From Clostridiales bacterium UBA1770 (GTDB lineage Bacteria > Bacillota > Clostridia > Oscillospirales > CAG-272), in contig DCGU01000020.1 in assembly GCA_002315325.1 (NCBI GenBank), positions 84 through 64,083 of the forward strand: 64,000 nt of DNA, written 5' to 3'. Every line of letters starts with the position of its first letter. The stretch's first letter is position 1. The position numbers were made by a program, and so were the translations under genes. Below the pieces are notes generated by a model. It was given only the letters and a program-made list of their open reading frames with translations, ran no database searches and was not told the DNA's origin. This document shows, piece after piece, positions 24,317 to 33,781 of the stretch.

Positions 24317-26341
24317 TTAAGCCTGTTCTTCGGCAGGAGCTTCTTCTACGGGCTGTTCCTCTTCCATCAAAGCGCGGATGGACAGACCGACCTTCTGCTT
24401 CTCATTATCGATTTCGATAATGCGAACGTCAACCTGCTGGCCAACCTGCAGAACGTCTGCGGGATTAGCGATACGGGTGTTCGCAATTTGAGAAATGTGA
24501 ATCAAACCGTCAACGCCGTCAACGATTTCAGCGAAAGCACCGAAGGGCATCAGGTTTACGATGGTAACGTTTGCAACGTCACCGACTGCATACTGACTGG
24601 TGAAGATATTCCAGGGGTTATCTGCCTCGGTCTTATAACCCAGGGAGATTCTTCTGGCTTCTCTGTCGAAAGACTTCACGAAAACGGTAATTTCCTGACC
24701 GATCTTCAAAACGTCGGCGGGAGATTTGATGCGCTTCCAAGACAGTTCGGTCATATGAACCATACCGTCAACGCCGCCCAAATCAATGAATGCACCGTAG
24801 GAAGTCATGCTCTTTACGGGGCCGGTATAAACCTTACCTTCTTCAATGGTATCCCAGAAAGCGCTCTCGGCCTGTTTGCGGATTTCCTTCTGCACACGGC
24901 TGATGGAACCGACAACCTTTTTGCGGTCGCGCACTTCGATGATTTCAAGTTTAACGGTTTCGCCCTTCAATGCGTTCAGATCGCCGTCCTTCGGAACACC
25001 GGTCTGAGAAGCGGGAACGAATACCTGGTTGGCAGCAACGGCAACAACGACACCGCCCTTGTTTACGTCGACAACCTTACCCTCGAGAACTTCGTGGGAA
25101 TCAACGGCAGCCAGAACGTTTTTCCACTCGCGGTCTGCATCTGCACGTTTTTTAGAGAGTTCTGCAACGCCTTCCACGTCGCTGACACGAATAACGAAAG
25201 CCTCAACTTTGTCACCGCGTTTGAATTGCTCGGGCAGTTTAACGGAAGGGTCGTCGCTGACTTGGTCAGCTTTGATATAGCCGGTTACGCCCATGCCAAG
25301 GTCGAGCTGCAGCTCACCGTCGGTCACGTACTCAACGATACCGGTAACGACATCTCCTGTATTTAAACTGGGGCACATCCCATCCAGCATTTCACTGAAA
25401 TTTTCCTGATCCATGGTTTTCACTACCTCCTGTATTTTGTCACCGGGCGTGGATGCTCCGGCAACAATGCCCACCTTTCGATGGGTTGCTTTAAAATTAA
25501 ACGGCAATTCGGACGCATTCTCGATCCACAAGGTATCGGGGCATCCAGCGCGACATATCGAAAACAGCTTTGCCGTATTGGAACTGTTCCGCCCGCCGAT
25601 CACCAGCATACCGTCGCATTGACGCGAGAGGGCAGCCGCTTCGGCCTGTCTTTTTTCAGTCACACTACATATTGTATCAAATATTAAAGGATTTGTATAT
25701 AGTTTTTTGAGAATTTCCTGTGATTTTTTCCATTCTTCGGTATTGGAAGTCGTCTGTGCTGCCAAAATCGGCTGCATTTCAGCCCATTCACTCCCATTTT
25801 TTTCCGCCAAAACGGCTTCCAACGTTTGCGCGTTGGAAAAAATAAAATGGGGACCGTCAAAACGGCTGACAATGCCCTCCACTTCCGGATGCCCCGCCGT
25901 TCCCAGTAAAAACAAGACGTGCGCACCGTCGTCGTATTGCGCAACGACGTCGTGTATTTTGGCAACGTACGGACAGGTACAATCCACAACCGTCAGAAAC
26001 GGCGTATCAGCTGCCGCTTTTTTCAACAACGCAGCCGTTGCACGCGGGACACCGTGTGCGCGTGTAATAATCACCATCGGGTGTTCGGCATCAATCGTTG
26101 ACAACAGTTCCGGGAGATTGTTTGATTCCGCAACGGCGGCACCGCGCGCCTCGGTTTCACGGACAAAATCAGGATTGTGAATCAACGGGCCAAGCGTAAA
26201 GATACGCGCGTTTTCCGCCTTATCGGCCAACCGTTCTTCCAATGCATTGACCGCGCGCTTGACGCCAGGACAAAAACCGGCCTGCGAAGCAACGATAACC
26301 TCCGGTGCCGTTTGGAACGTCTGTTTAGCCATGATTTTCAT
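24317..26341 (-). CDS. ispH: fusion of 4-hydroxy-3-methylbut-2-enyl diphosphate reductase (IspH/LytB) and a ribosomal protein S1-like domain array
   Basis: The N-terminal IspH has its three Cys ligands (FCPGVKRA, DCTCPYV, DTICSVT). The C-terminal half has four S1 domains (GDVVTGIV..., LEGKVVDV..., YTGPVKSMTSYGAFIDL..., DVANVTIVNLMPFGAFAEI...). Confidence 0.9.
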   Translation of the reverse strand: MKIMAKQTFQTAPEVIVASQAGFCPGVKRAVNALEERLADKAENARIFTLGPLIHNPDFVRETEARGAAVAESNNLPELLSTIDAEHPMVIITRAHGVPRATAALLKKAAADTPFLTVVDCTCPYVAKIHDVVAQYDDGAHVLFLLGTAGHPEVEGIVSRFDGPHFIFSNAQTLEAVLAEKNGSEWAEMQPILAAQTTSNTEEWKKSQEILKKLYTNPLIFDTICSVTEKRQAEAAALSRQCDGMLVIGGRNSSNTAKLFSICRAGCPDTLWIENASELPFNFKATHRKVGIVAGASTPGDKIQEVVKTMDQENFSEMLDGMCPSLNTGDVVTGIVEYVTDGELQLDLGMGVTGYIKADQVSDDPSVKLPEQFKRGDKVEAFVIRVSDVEGVAELSKKRADADREWKNVLAAVDSHEVLEGKVVDVNKGGVVVAVAANQVFVPASQTGVPKDGDLNALKGETVKLEIIEVRDRKKVVGSISRVQKEIRKQAESAFWDTIEEGKVYTGPVKSMTSYGAFIDLGGVDGMVHMTELSWKRIKSPADVLKIGQEITVFVKSFDREARRISLGYKTEADNPWNIFTSQYAVGDVANVTIVNLMPFGAFAEIVDGVDGLIHISQIANTRIANPADVLQVGQQVDVRIIEIDNEKQKVGLSIRALMEEEQPVEEAPAEEQA

Positions 26342-27653
26342 CCTGCAGAGCGCAGACAGCGTCGAAAACGTATTGCGTCATCTTTAAATAGTCTTTCTCT
26401 GCGCCGCCGTGCGCCATGAGTTCTTCATGGGAAATCGGCTTCCCGAAAACGACGGTCTTGCGACACAGGAAACGAGACTTGTGATTTTTCATCACGATTG
26501 CTGCCGGTAAGATCTGCACGCCGGCACGATATGCCACCAGGCCGACGCCGTTCTTGATGGGCGTTGTTGACGGGTGAACGCCCGGGTAGCGGTGTCCCTG
26601 CGGGAACATACCGACACAGGTACCGCCCTGCAGCATGGCAATGGTGTTTTTGACAGCACCGACGTCGGCACCGCCGCGGTTCACCGGATAGGCACCGAGG
26701 GAACGAATCAAAGCGGCCAGTCCGGGGATGGCAAACAATTCCTTTTTGGCCATAAAATGCGGCTGCTGCCACGCAATCGCGGCACACAGCAAAATGGGAT
26801 CGCGCCAGGAAAGATGATTGCTGACCAACAGGTAGGGCCCCTGTTCCGGTTTGGGTTCGTTTTCACTCCCCTTCACTTTGATGCGGTGCAGGAACCGAAC
26901 GATACCGTGCAGCGTAACGTAGACAAAATTAAAAAGGCGGCTGAAATTCTTTTTTTTAGGGGCATTTAACGCGAATTTTATTTTTTTCTTTTTCATCAAG
27001 GCAATGATGGCGTCTGCTGTTCCCTCGATTGTCAAAGAAGAATTATTTAAAAGAACGGCATCCGGCGCCTGCACTGCCGGTGCGACGGCACGGTTCCGAT
27101 CGTTGGCGTCCCGCGTCTGCATATCGGTCAACACTTCGTCGAGCGTCGTTTCAATGCCCTTTGTCTTGAGTTCGTCCAAACGTCTTTGCGCCCTGACGGT
27201 ATCGTCGGCGACGAGGAACACCTTCAGATCGGCGTTCGGCAAAATGACAGTACCGATATCGCGGCCGTCCATAATAACGGAGTTTTCGCGCGCCGTTTTT
27301 TGCTGCGTTTCCAAAAGGAAAGTGCGAACGGCAGGAATGGCGGACACAGCCGACGCATACATGGAAATCTCCGGTCTTCTGATTTCTTCCCCGGGATTTT
27401 CCCCATTGAGATAGACAACCTGTTTGCCGTTTTGATACGTCACCTCAATTTGGATGGACGGCAGCAGGGCGACTACGGCATCGGCATCTTTGGGGTCGAC
27501 GCCGGCACGGAATACGTACAGTCCGATCGTACGGTAGAGTGCGCCGGTATCCACGTATAAAATATTCAGTTTTGCGGCAAGAATTTTGGCAACGGTACTC
27601 TTCCCCGCACCGCTGGGACCGTCAATCGCAATTGTAAAATGCTGTGTTTTCAT
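26325..27653 (-). CDS. cmk: fusion of cytidylate kinase and 1-acyl-sn-glycerol-3-phosphate acyltransferase
   Basis: The N-terminus, IAIDGPSGAGKSTVAKILA...LYVDTGALYR, is Cmk. The C-terminal ~200 aa carry the NHLSWRDP (HX4D) and FPQGHR acyltransferase motifs. Confidence 0.9.
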   Translation of the reverse strand: MKTQHFTIAIDGPSGAGKSTVAKILAAKLNILYVDTGALYRTIGLYVFRAGVDPKDADAVVALLPSIQIEVTYQNGKQVVYLNGENPGEEIRRPEISMYASAVSAIPAVRTFLLETQQKTARENSVIMDGRDIGTVILPNADLKVFLVADDTVRAQRRLDELKTKGIETTLDEVLTDMQTRDANDRNRAVAPAVQAPDAVLLNNSSLTIEGTADAIIALMKKKKIKFALNAPKKKNFSRLFNFVYVTLHGIVRFLHRIKVKGSENEPKPEQGPYLLVSNHLSWRDPILLCAAIAWQQPHFMAKKELFAIPGLAALIRSLGAYPVNRGGADVGAVKNTIAMLQGGTCVGMFPQGHRYPGVHPSTTPIKNGVGLVAYRAGVQILPAAIVMKNHKSRFLCRKTVVFGKPISHEELMAHGGAEKDYLKMTQYVFDAVCALQDENHG

Positions 27654-28930
27654 AAACCGGCATTCTTCCTTTCCTGTGCCGAGACAGCTGCGCCTTCTGC
27701 GGCACAGACCGCCGTGGCGAACGCTATCTGCAAATTATAGCCGCCGGTATAGGCATCCACGTCCATTACTTCACCGGCAAAAAACAAACCATCGCACAGC
27801 TTTGACTGCATGGTGCGCGGATTTATTTCCTTTATATTTACGCCGCCGCGCGTGATAATCGCCTCGTCAATCGGCCGCATACCGGTGATGGTAATCGGCA
27901 TCCCTTTGATGACGGAAAGCAAAGCGGCACGCTCCTTTTGGGTAACGGCATTCACTTTTTTGTGCGGATCGACACCGGACAGGGACACAATCACTGCTCT
28001 GGCCTTTTGCGGCAGCAAATCGTCAAGCGCATTGATTAAGTCCCGCGTGGAATACGCGGTAAAGTCCGACAGGATACGTTTGTCAAGCGTTTCAAGATCC
28101 AGGGCAGGCTTAAAATCTATCAGCGCCCGATATTTTTCATTTTTTTGCAGGTGTGCAGAGCCGGACAAAATCATAGGGCCCGTCATACCGAAATGCGTAA
28201 ACATCATTTCACCGAAATCCTCATACACAAGCGCGTCATCGGATTGACGGCGAATCTGCAGTGCAACGTTTTTGAGCGACAACCCCTGCATGGCGTCGCA
28301 AATATGCCCCGCTGCCGTCAGGGGCACCAGGGACGGTGACGCCGGCGTAACGGAATGCCCTGCCTGCTGCGCAAAACGGTACCCGTCACCGGTGGAACCG
28401 GTTAGGGGATACGACAACCCGCCCGTACAAACGACAACGGCGTCGGCCGACGTTTCACCCGCATCGGTTACGACGCCGCGCACCGCACCGTCTTCTATCA
28501 CAAGAGATTTGACGTTCTCGTGCCGTACTTCCACACCTTTTCTGTGACATTCGTCTGCCAACGCCGCAACGACGTCGGCCGCTTTATCGGACACGGGGAA
28601 AACGCGGCGCCCCCGTTCGGTTTTAAGCGGCACACCGATACTTTCAAAAAAAGCCATCGTGTCGGCCGGAGAAAACCGATTAAAGGCACTGTATAAAAAA
28701 CGCGGGTTCGTGGGGATATTGTTCATCAATTCGGGAACGGTACAGTTATTGGTAACGTTGCAGCGCCCCTTGCCGGTAATCCGCAGTTTTCGGCCCAACT
28801 TTTCATTTTTTTCAAACAGAATCACCCGTACGTCGCACGCAGCGGCAAACACGGCGCAGGTCAACCCCGCCGCACCGCCGCCGACCACAACGACCGTCGG
28901 GGCGTCATCCCTGACTTTTATCGTAGACAT
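27650..28930 (-). CDS. NAD(P)/FAD-dependent oxidoreductase, HI0933/BaiN-like flavoprotein
   Basis: VVVVGGGAAGLTCAVFAA is the dinucleotide fold, and the protein has HI0933-like length and a matching C-terminus. The start was taken at the ATG at 28930 (track: TTG at 28954). The stop overlaps the cmk start (ATGA). Confidence 0.85.
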   Translation of the reverse strand: MSTIKVRDDAPTVVVVGGGAAGLTCAVFAAACDVRVILFEKNEKLGRKLRITGKGRCNVTNNCTVPELMNNIPTNPRFLYSAFNRFSPADTMAFFESIGVPLKTERGRRVFPVSDKAADVVAALADECHRKGVEVRHENVKSLVIEDGAVRGVVTDAGETSADAVVVCTGGLSYPLTGSTGDGYRFAQQAGHSVTPASPSLVPLTAAGHICDAMQGLSLKNVALQIRRQSDDALVYEDFGEMMFTHFGMTGPMILSGSAHLQKNEKYRALIDFKPALDLETLDKRILSDFTAYSTRDLINALDDLLPQKARAVIVSLSGVDPHKKVNAVTQKERAALLSVIKGMPITITGMRPIDEAIITRGGVNIKEINPRTMQSKLCDGLFFAGEVMDVDAYTGGYNLQIAFATAVCAAEGAAVSAQERKNAGL

Positions 28931-29768
28931 CGTATTCGTCCCAAATCTTTTCAAGCTTGCGCAATCTTTCGGTCACAAGCTCTTGGTTTTTACGCGACAG
29001 CGCCACAACCATGGCGTTCAATATACTCATGGGTGCCACCAGAGAATCGGCAAACGATGCCATATCGCTGCGCGCCAGCAAAAGTTCCGTTGCGTAAGGC
29101 GCAATCGGAGACATGGTGCCGGAAGTCAGTGCGACAACCTCGGCACCGGCGTTGCGGGCGAACGTAACGGCATTGACGATTCGTTTGGAATAGCGCGGGA
29201 AGCTGACGGCAATCATCACGTCCTGCGGGCCGATCTGCATAATTTGTTCGAACAGTTCGCTGCCCGACGTCGTCTGTACAAGTTTGACGTTATCAAACAT
29301 CATACGCAAACTGTAATTCAAAAAACCGGCAAGCGTGGCGGAAGAACGGACACCGATGATATAAATCGTTTTCGCACCGGCAATTTTATCAATGGCGCGG
29401 TCAAACGCTTCACGGTCAATTTCTTCCATCGTGCGCCGAATGTTATCGGCATCCGCTTCGAGCACTTTATCCAACACGTCCCCGTCACCGATTAAGGAAT
29501 TGGTAACTTCAATTCTTTGGAAGGAAGTTAAGCGGTTTCGAATCAGTTCCCGCAGGGCCAGTTGGAACTCGGGATATCCGTCGAATCCCATTTCGTTGGC
29601 AAACCGCACAACGGTGGATTCGGAAACGCGGACGACACTGCCGAGCTTTGCCGCCGTCATATACGCGGCCTTATCATAGTTATCGTGAATGAAGTTGGCA
29701 ATTTGCCGCTGTCCGCGGGAAAAAGACCCCATTCGATTTTCCATTTCCTTCAATATATCATTATTCAT
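28905..29768 (-). CDS. MurR/RpiR family transcriptional regulator (HTH_6 + SIS)
   Basis: FSRGQRQIANFIHDNYDKAAYMTAAKLGSVVRVSESTVVRFANEMGFDGYPEF is the HTH. The SIS domain includes IYIIGVRSSATLAGF. Confidence 0.85.
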   Translation of the reverse strand: MNNDILKEMENRMGSFSRGQRQIANFIHDNYDKAAYMTAAKLGSVVRVSESTVVRFANEMGFDGYPEFQLALRELIRNRLTSFQRIEVTNSLIGDGDVLDKVLEADADNIRRTMEEIDREAFDRAIDKIAGAKTIYIIGVRSSATLAGFLNYSLRMMFDNVKLVQTTSGSELFEQIMQIGPQDVMIAVSFPRYSKRIVNAVTFARNAGAEVVALTSGTMSPIAPYATELLLARSDMASFADSLVAPMSILNAMVVALSRKNQELVTERLRKLEKIWDEYDVYDKSQG

Positions 29769-29943
29769 GGTTTAAGCTGCCTTTCCGTGCGGAATTCAAC
29801 CCATATTTTCGCAGTATTATTATAATAGACAAGCGTTTAAAAGTCAAGATTTTACGCATGGTAAAGAAGGACCGGCCGACGTGCGGCGGGCAAACTTGCA
29901 AAAAAACTTTTTGTCTTTTTTCCTTTTTTGTGCAAAAAAACTA

Positions 29944-29973
29944 TTTACATTCACCGCTGCCCTGTGGTATAAT
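29944..29973 (+). promoter_or_regulatory. Promoter of the nucleobase permease gene (TTTACA-18 nt-TGgTATAAT)
   Basis: The -35 element is at 29944-29949 and the extended -10 TGGTATAAT at 29965-29973. Confidence 0.55.
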
Positions 29974-30055
29974 ACAGCCAACAATGAAGCACACTAACGG
30001 CAGATGCGTTACCTTGCGACAAAGTTACCGAATATAAACGCATGGATTGACACGT

Positions 30056-30099
30056 CACCGTATGTTTTGCTTTTCCGAAAGCAGCGGTGTCGTTTTTTT
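30056..30099 (+). terminator. Leader terminator/attenuator hairpin upstream of the nucleobase permease
   Basis: CACCG(30056-60)...TGCTTT-tccg-AAAGCA...CGGTG(30085-89) is followed by T7 (30093-30099). It lies about 80 nt before the start codon and downstream of the promoter. Confidence 0.4.
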
Positions 30100-30177
30100 A
30101 TGCTGACGATAAAAAAACAAATGACACGTTCCGGCAGGAAACAAAACAGTGCCGAAAAAACAAGGAGGAACTTCACT

Positions 30178-31503
30178 ATGAAGCTCACGTACAACGTTCA
30201 GGATAAGCCCTCGTTCGGCAAAGTCCTGGTATTCGCTCTGCAGCAGTTGCTGGCCATTCTGGCTGCAACCATCGCCGTTCCCTCCATCATCGGAAACGGT
30301 ATGTCCCAGTCCGCCGCCCTGTTCGGTGCCGGTGTCGGTACCCTGGTATACCTGCTGTTCACCAAATTTAAGAGCCCCGTGTTCCTCGGTTCTTCTTTCG
30401 CATTCCTCGGTTCCATGGGTGCCGCTTTTGCCGGTGCTGCTTCTACCGCAGCCGGTTACTCCGGTCTGTTGATCGGTGCCATCGGCGCAGGTCTCGTATA
30501 CGTTATCATTGCCCTGATCGTTAAGTTCGCCGGTGTTAAGTGGATTGCAAAACTGATGCCCGCCGTTGTTATCGGTCCGACCGTTGCCATTATCGGTTTG
30601 TCCCTGGCAGGCAACGCCGTCGGCGACCTGAAGGCAGCCAAAGTTGCTACTGCCAATCCTTATATCTGCCTGCTTTGCGGTTTGGTTACCCTGGCTGTTA
30701 CCATGCTCTGCTCCGTCTTCGGCAAGAAAATGCTGAAGATGATTCCCTTCATTATGGGTATTCTTGCCGGCTACGTTCTGGCTGCCATCTTCACTGTAAT
30801 CGGTGCAGCTGCCGACGTTGACGCATTGAAAGTAATCGATTTCTCCGCTTTCCAAAATATGCAGTGGGTTCCCGACTTCACCTTCGTACAGGCCTTCAAG
30901 GGCTTCAAAGAAGTAACGGCTGATTACGTCATCACCGTACTGGTTGCTTACGTTCCCGTTGCCTTCGTAGTATTCGCCGAGCACATTGCCGACCACAAGA
31001 ACCTGTCCTCCATCATTGAGAAGGACCTGTTGGAAGATCCCGGTCTGCACAGAACCCTGTTGGGTGACGGTGTCGGTTCCATCGCCGGTGCTTTCTTCGG
31101 CGGCTGCCCCAACACCACCTACGGTGAATCCGTCGGTTGTGTCGCCATTTCCGGTAACGCATCCGTTGTCACCATTTTCACAACGGCTATTCTGGCTATC
31201 GTTGCTGCTTTCGTAGCACCCTTCACCACGCTGCTGGCTACCATTCCGAACTGCGTCATGGGCGGTGTGTGCATGGCCCTGTACGGTTTCATCGCCGTAT
31301 CCGGTTTGAAGATGATTCAGAAGGTTGACCTGGAAGACAACCGCAACCTGTTCGTTGTATCCGTCATCCTGATTGCCGGTATCGGCGGTTTGGTTGTTGC
31401 CTTCGGTAAGATCACCATCACCTCCATTGCCTGCGCTTTGATCCTCGGCATTCTGACCAACATCATGCTGGGCGGTAATAAAAACAAATCTGAAGAACGG
31501 TAA
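30178..31503 (+). CDS. NCS2-family nucleobase (uracil/xanthine) permease
   Basis: The start was set at the ATG at 30178, behind an AAGGAGG SD. MKLTYNVQDKPSFGKVLVFALQQLLAILAATIAVP... and ...NTTYGESVGCVAISG... are NCS2 hallmarks. The protein is about 441 aa and polytopic. Confidence 0.85.
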   Translation: MKLTYNVQDKPSFGKVLVFALQQLLAILAATIAVPSIIGNGMSQSAALFGAGVGTLVYLLFTKFKSPVFLGSSFAFLGSMGAAFAGAASTAAGYSGLLIGAIGAGLVYVIIALIVKFAGVKWIAKLMPAVVIGPTVAIIGLSLAGNAVGDLKAAKVATANPYICLLCGLVTLAVTMLCSVFGKKMLKMIPFIMGILAGYVLAAIFTVIGAAADVDALKVIDFSAFQNMQWVPDFTFVQAFKGFKEVTADYVITVLVAYVPVAFVVFAEHIADHKNLSSIIEKDLLEDPGLHRTLLGDGVGSIAGAFFGGCPNTTYGESVGCVAISGNASVVTIFTTAILAIVAAFVAPFTTLLATIPNCVMGGVCMALYGFIAVSGLKMIQKVDLEDNRNLFVVSVILIAGIGGLVVAFGKITITSIACALILGILTNIMLGGNKNKSEER

Positions 31504-31530
31504 TTTGATTGATATGTAATCCGTAAATCC

Positions 31531-31565
31531 GGGCGGTACCGAAAGGTGCCGCCCATTTTATTTTT
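31531..31565 (+). terminator. Intrinsic terminator
   Basis: GGGCGGTACC-gaaa-GGTGCCGCCC is followed by ATTTTATTTTT. Confidence 0.7.
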
Positions 31566-31635
31566 CCACTATACAAATGAAGTGCAATGTGATATAATAC
31601 AACCGATTTTTATATAAAAGGAAAGGCTGAATTCT

Positions 31636-32946
31636 ATGCTTGTTTCCGTAATCATTGCCGCCCTGACCTGCATATGCATGATATTGGCGGTATTGTTCAA
31701 ACCGCAAATACGAATCGGTCGGGTCACGCTTGATTCCTATTGGCCCGTTGTCTTGGTCGGTGCGACTGTTATGCTGGCGTCGGGTCAGGTGGACGTGGGG
31801 GCGCTGGGCGACGCCTTGCTGTCCGCATCCTCCATCAATCCTCTCAAGATTTTGGTATTATTCATTTCCATGACGATTCTGTCCATCTTTTTGGATGAGG
31901 TCGGCTTTTTCCGGTATCTTGCCAACAAAACGCTTTCCTACGCCGGCAACAGCCAAATGAAGCTGCTCGTTATTCTGTACGTGACGGTTTCCGTGTTAAC
32001 CGTCTTCACGTCCAACGATATCATTGTCCTGACGTTTACGCCCTTCATTTGCTATTTCGCCAAAAATGCGCATATCAATCCGCGCCCGTATCTCGTGGCC
32101 GAATTCATTGCTGCAAACACGATGAGTATGACGTTGATTATCGGCAACCCCACGAACATTTACATCGCGACGTCTTATAATATCGGCTTCGTTGATTACG
32201 CCGCCGTCATGCTGTTACCGACGTTGGCATCTTCTGCTGTCGCATTCCTCGTTCTGTGGCTGTTGTTCCGTCGTGAACTGCAGGCACCGATTCAAAGCGA
32301 GACGGAAACCGTTGTGATTGAAAACAAAGCGTTCCTCGGCGTCGGCATTTCCATCTTATCGATTTGTACGGTTGTTTTGGCCGTAGGTCCCTACTTTGAC
32401 GTACCGATGTGGATTGTTTCTTTATTTTCCGCCCTTCTGTTGTTCCTGTTGGTAGGTATTCTTTCGGTAACCGGGAAAAAGAAACCGACCGAACTCGGTC
32501 GGACGTTAAAGCGCGCGCCCTGGCCGCTGATTCCTTTTGTTCTGTCCATGTTCGTCATCATTTTGGCGGTTACGCAAAACGGCTTGACGGATAAAATCAA
32601 CGGTTTGCTGGGCGAATCCCAACCTATTTTCAAGTACGGTATTTGCTCCTTCTTCGCTGCGAATCTCATCAACAATATTCCCATGAGCGTTTTGTTCTGT
32701 CCCGTCATTCACCCCCTGGCCGCTGCGGGAAGCGAGGCGCTCCTGCCTGCCGTTTACGCCACTGTCGTCGGTTCCAATCTCGGCGCTTATTTGACGCCGA
32801 TCGGCGCACTTGCCGGTATCATGTGGATGTCCCTGCTGAAAAAGCACAACGTGAAATTCGGCTATTTGGACTTCATGAAATACGGTGCGGCAGTATCCTT
32901 ACCGGCGCTTTTGGCAAATCTGTTGGTATTATCCCTCGTATTATAA
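31636..32946 (+). CDS. ArsB/NhaD (CitMHS-like) superfamily anion permease
   Basis: 436-aa polytopic ORF with the family-typical repeated halves. A TGaTATAAT -10 element lies at 31590-31598. Confidence 0.7.
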   Translation: MLVSVIIAALTCICMILAVLFKPQIRIGRVTLDSYWPVVLVGATVMLASGQVDVGALGDALLSASSINPLKILVLFISMTILSIFLDEVGFFRYLANKTLSYAGNSQMKLLVILYVTVSVLTVFTSNDIIVLTFTPFICYFAKNAHINPRPYLVAEFIAANTMSMTLIIGNPTNIYIATSYNIGFVDYAAVMLLPTLASSAVAFLVLWLLFRRELQAPIQSETETVVIENKAFLGVGISILSICTVVLAVGPYFDVPMWIVSLFSALLLFLLVGILSVTGKKKPTELGRTLKRAPWPLIPFVLSMFVIILAVTQNGLTDKINGLLGESQPIFKYGICSFFAANLINNIPMSVLFCPVIHPLAAAGSEALLPAVYATVVGSNLGAYLTPIGALAGIMWMSLLKKHNVKFGYLDFMKYGAAVSLPALLANLLVLSLVL

Positions 32947-33009
32947 ACGCATCAAATCAGCAAAACAGGGCGACACCGTTGCGGGTGCCGCCCTGTTTTC
33001 ATATTGGTG

Positions 33010-33606
33010 TTACCTGAAAAAGTTTTCGTATTCCTGCCGCAGCAAGGCGCATATGCCGAGCGTACAATACGTCCCTTTGATGAGAATGGCTTCACGCTGC
33101 CAGCCCTCAAACTGCATACCGACCTTTTCCATGACGCGGCGGGAGGCATGATTGCCCTCGAGAAATCGAGCTTCGATGCGGTGCAGTCCCAACTTTTCAA
33201 AGCCGAATGCCAACACGGTGCGCACCGCCTCCGTCGCATATCCCCGGCCCCAATAGGCGGGATGCAGCACGTAGCCGACCTCCCCGACGTCGGATGCAGC
33301 ACGGAATGAGGTAAACCCGCAGGTGCCGATCATACGGCCGTCAAGGCAGTCCACCACAGCCCAATCGTAGAATTCACCGCGATGGTATTGGGCCTCGACA
33401 CGGCGCAAATAATTATAAGTAAAGCAAACGTCCGCATGCGGTGACCAGGTTAAATATTGCGACACCTGCGGCATTTGTGCATAAGCAAACATATCTTCCG
33501 CGTCCGCGACCGACATGCGGCGTAAAATCAAACGCTCCGTTTGCAGCACGGGCATATGGGAAAACGTTTTGGTAATGAATTCCGGCTTCATACTATTGGG
33601 CTCCAT
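33010..33606 (-). CDS. GNAT acetyltransferase, RimJ/RimL-like
   Basis: The sequence has LQTERLILRRMSVADAEDMF...VGYVLHPAYWGRGYATEAVRTVL...GNHASRRVMEKVGM. Confidence 0.8.
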   Translation of the reverse strand: MEPNSMKPEFITKTFSHMPVLQTERLILRRMSVADAEDMFAYAQMPQVSQYLTWSPHADVCFTYNYLRRVEAQYHRGEFYDWAVVDCLDGRMIGTCGFTSFRAASDVGEVGYVLHPAYWGRGYATEAVRTVLAFGFEKLGLHRIEARFLEGNHASRRVMEKVGMQFEGWQREAILIKGTYCTLGICALLRQEYENFFR

Positions 33607-33781
33607 ACGATTTTAATGATAATACGTATATATTATCGCAAACCCGTCTTTCTGTCAATGGCTGCCGCTGTGCCCTGTCAATATTCTGCCCAAAATGCAA
33701 AAAAATGTTGCTTTTTCCGCAATTTGCATTATACTATTAACTATAGATATTTTACGTGTTAAAGAAAGCGGGGATTCAGCC

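Noticed and set aside
24269-25366. 365-aa plus-strand ORF
   Set aside because: It is an antisense shadow of the S1-domain half of ispH::S1.
29980-30177. PyrR attenuator or purine riboswitch in the permease leader
   Set aside because: I could find neither the PyrR binding-loop consensus nor the conserved purine-aptamer junction sequences. It is kept only as an unclassified attenuator candidate.
30055-31050. 331-aa minus-strand ORF
   Set aside because: It is antisense to the NCS2 permease. It is Gly/Asn/Gln-rich with no motifs.
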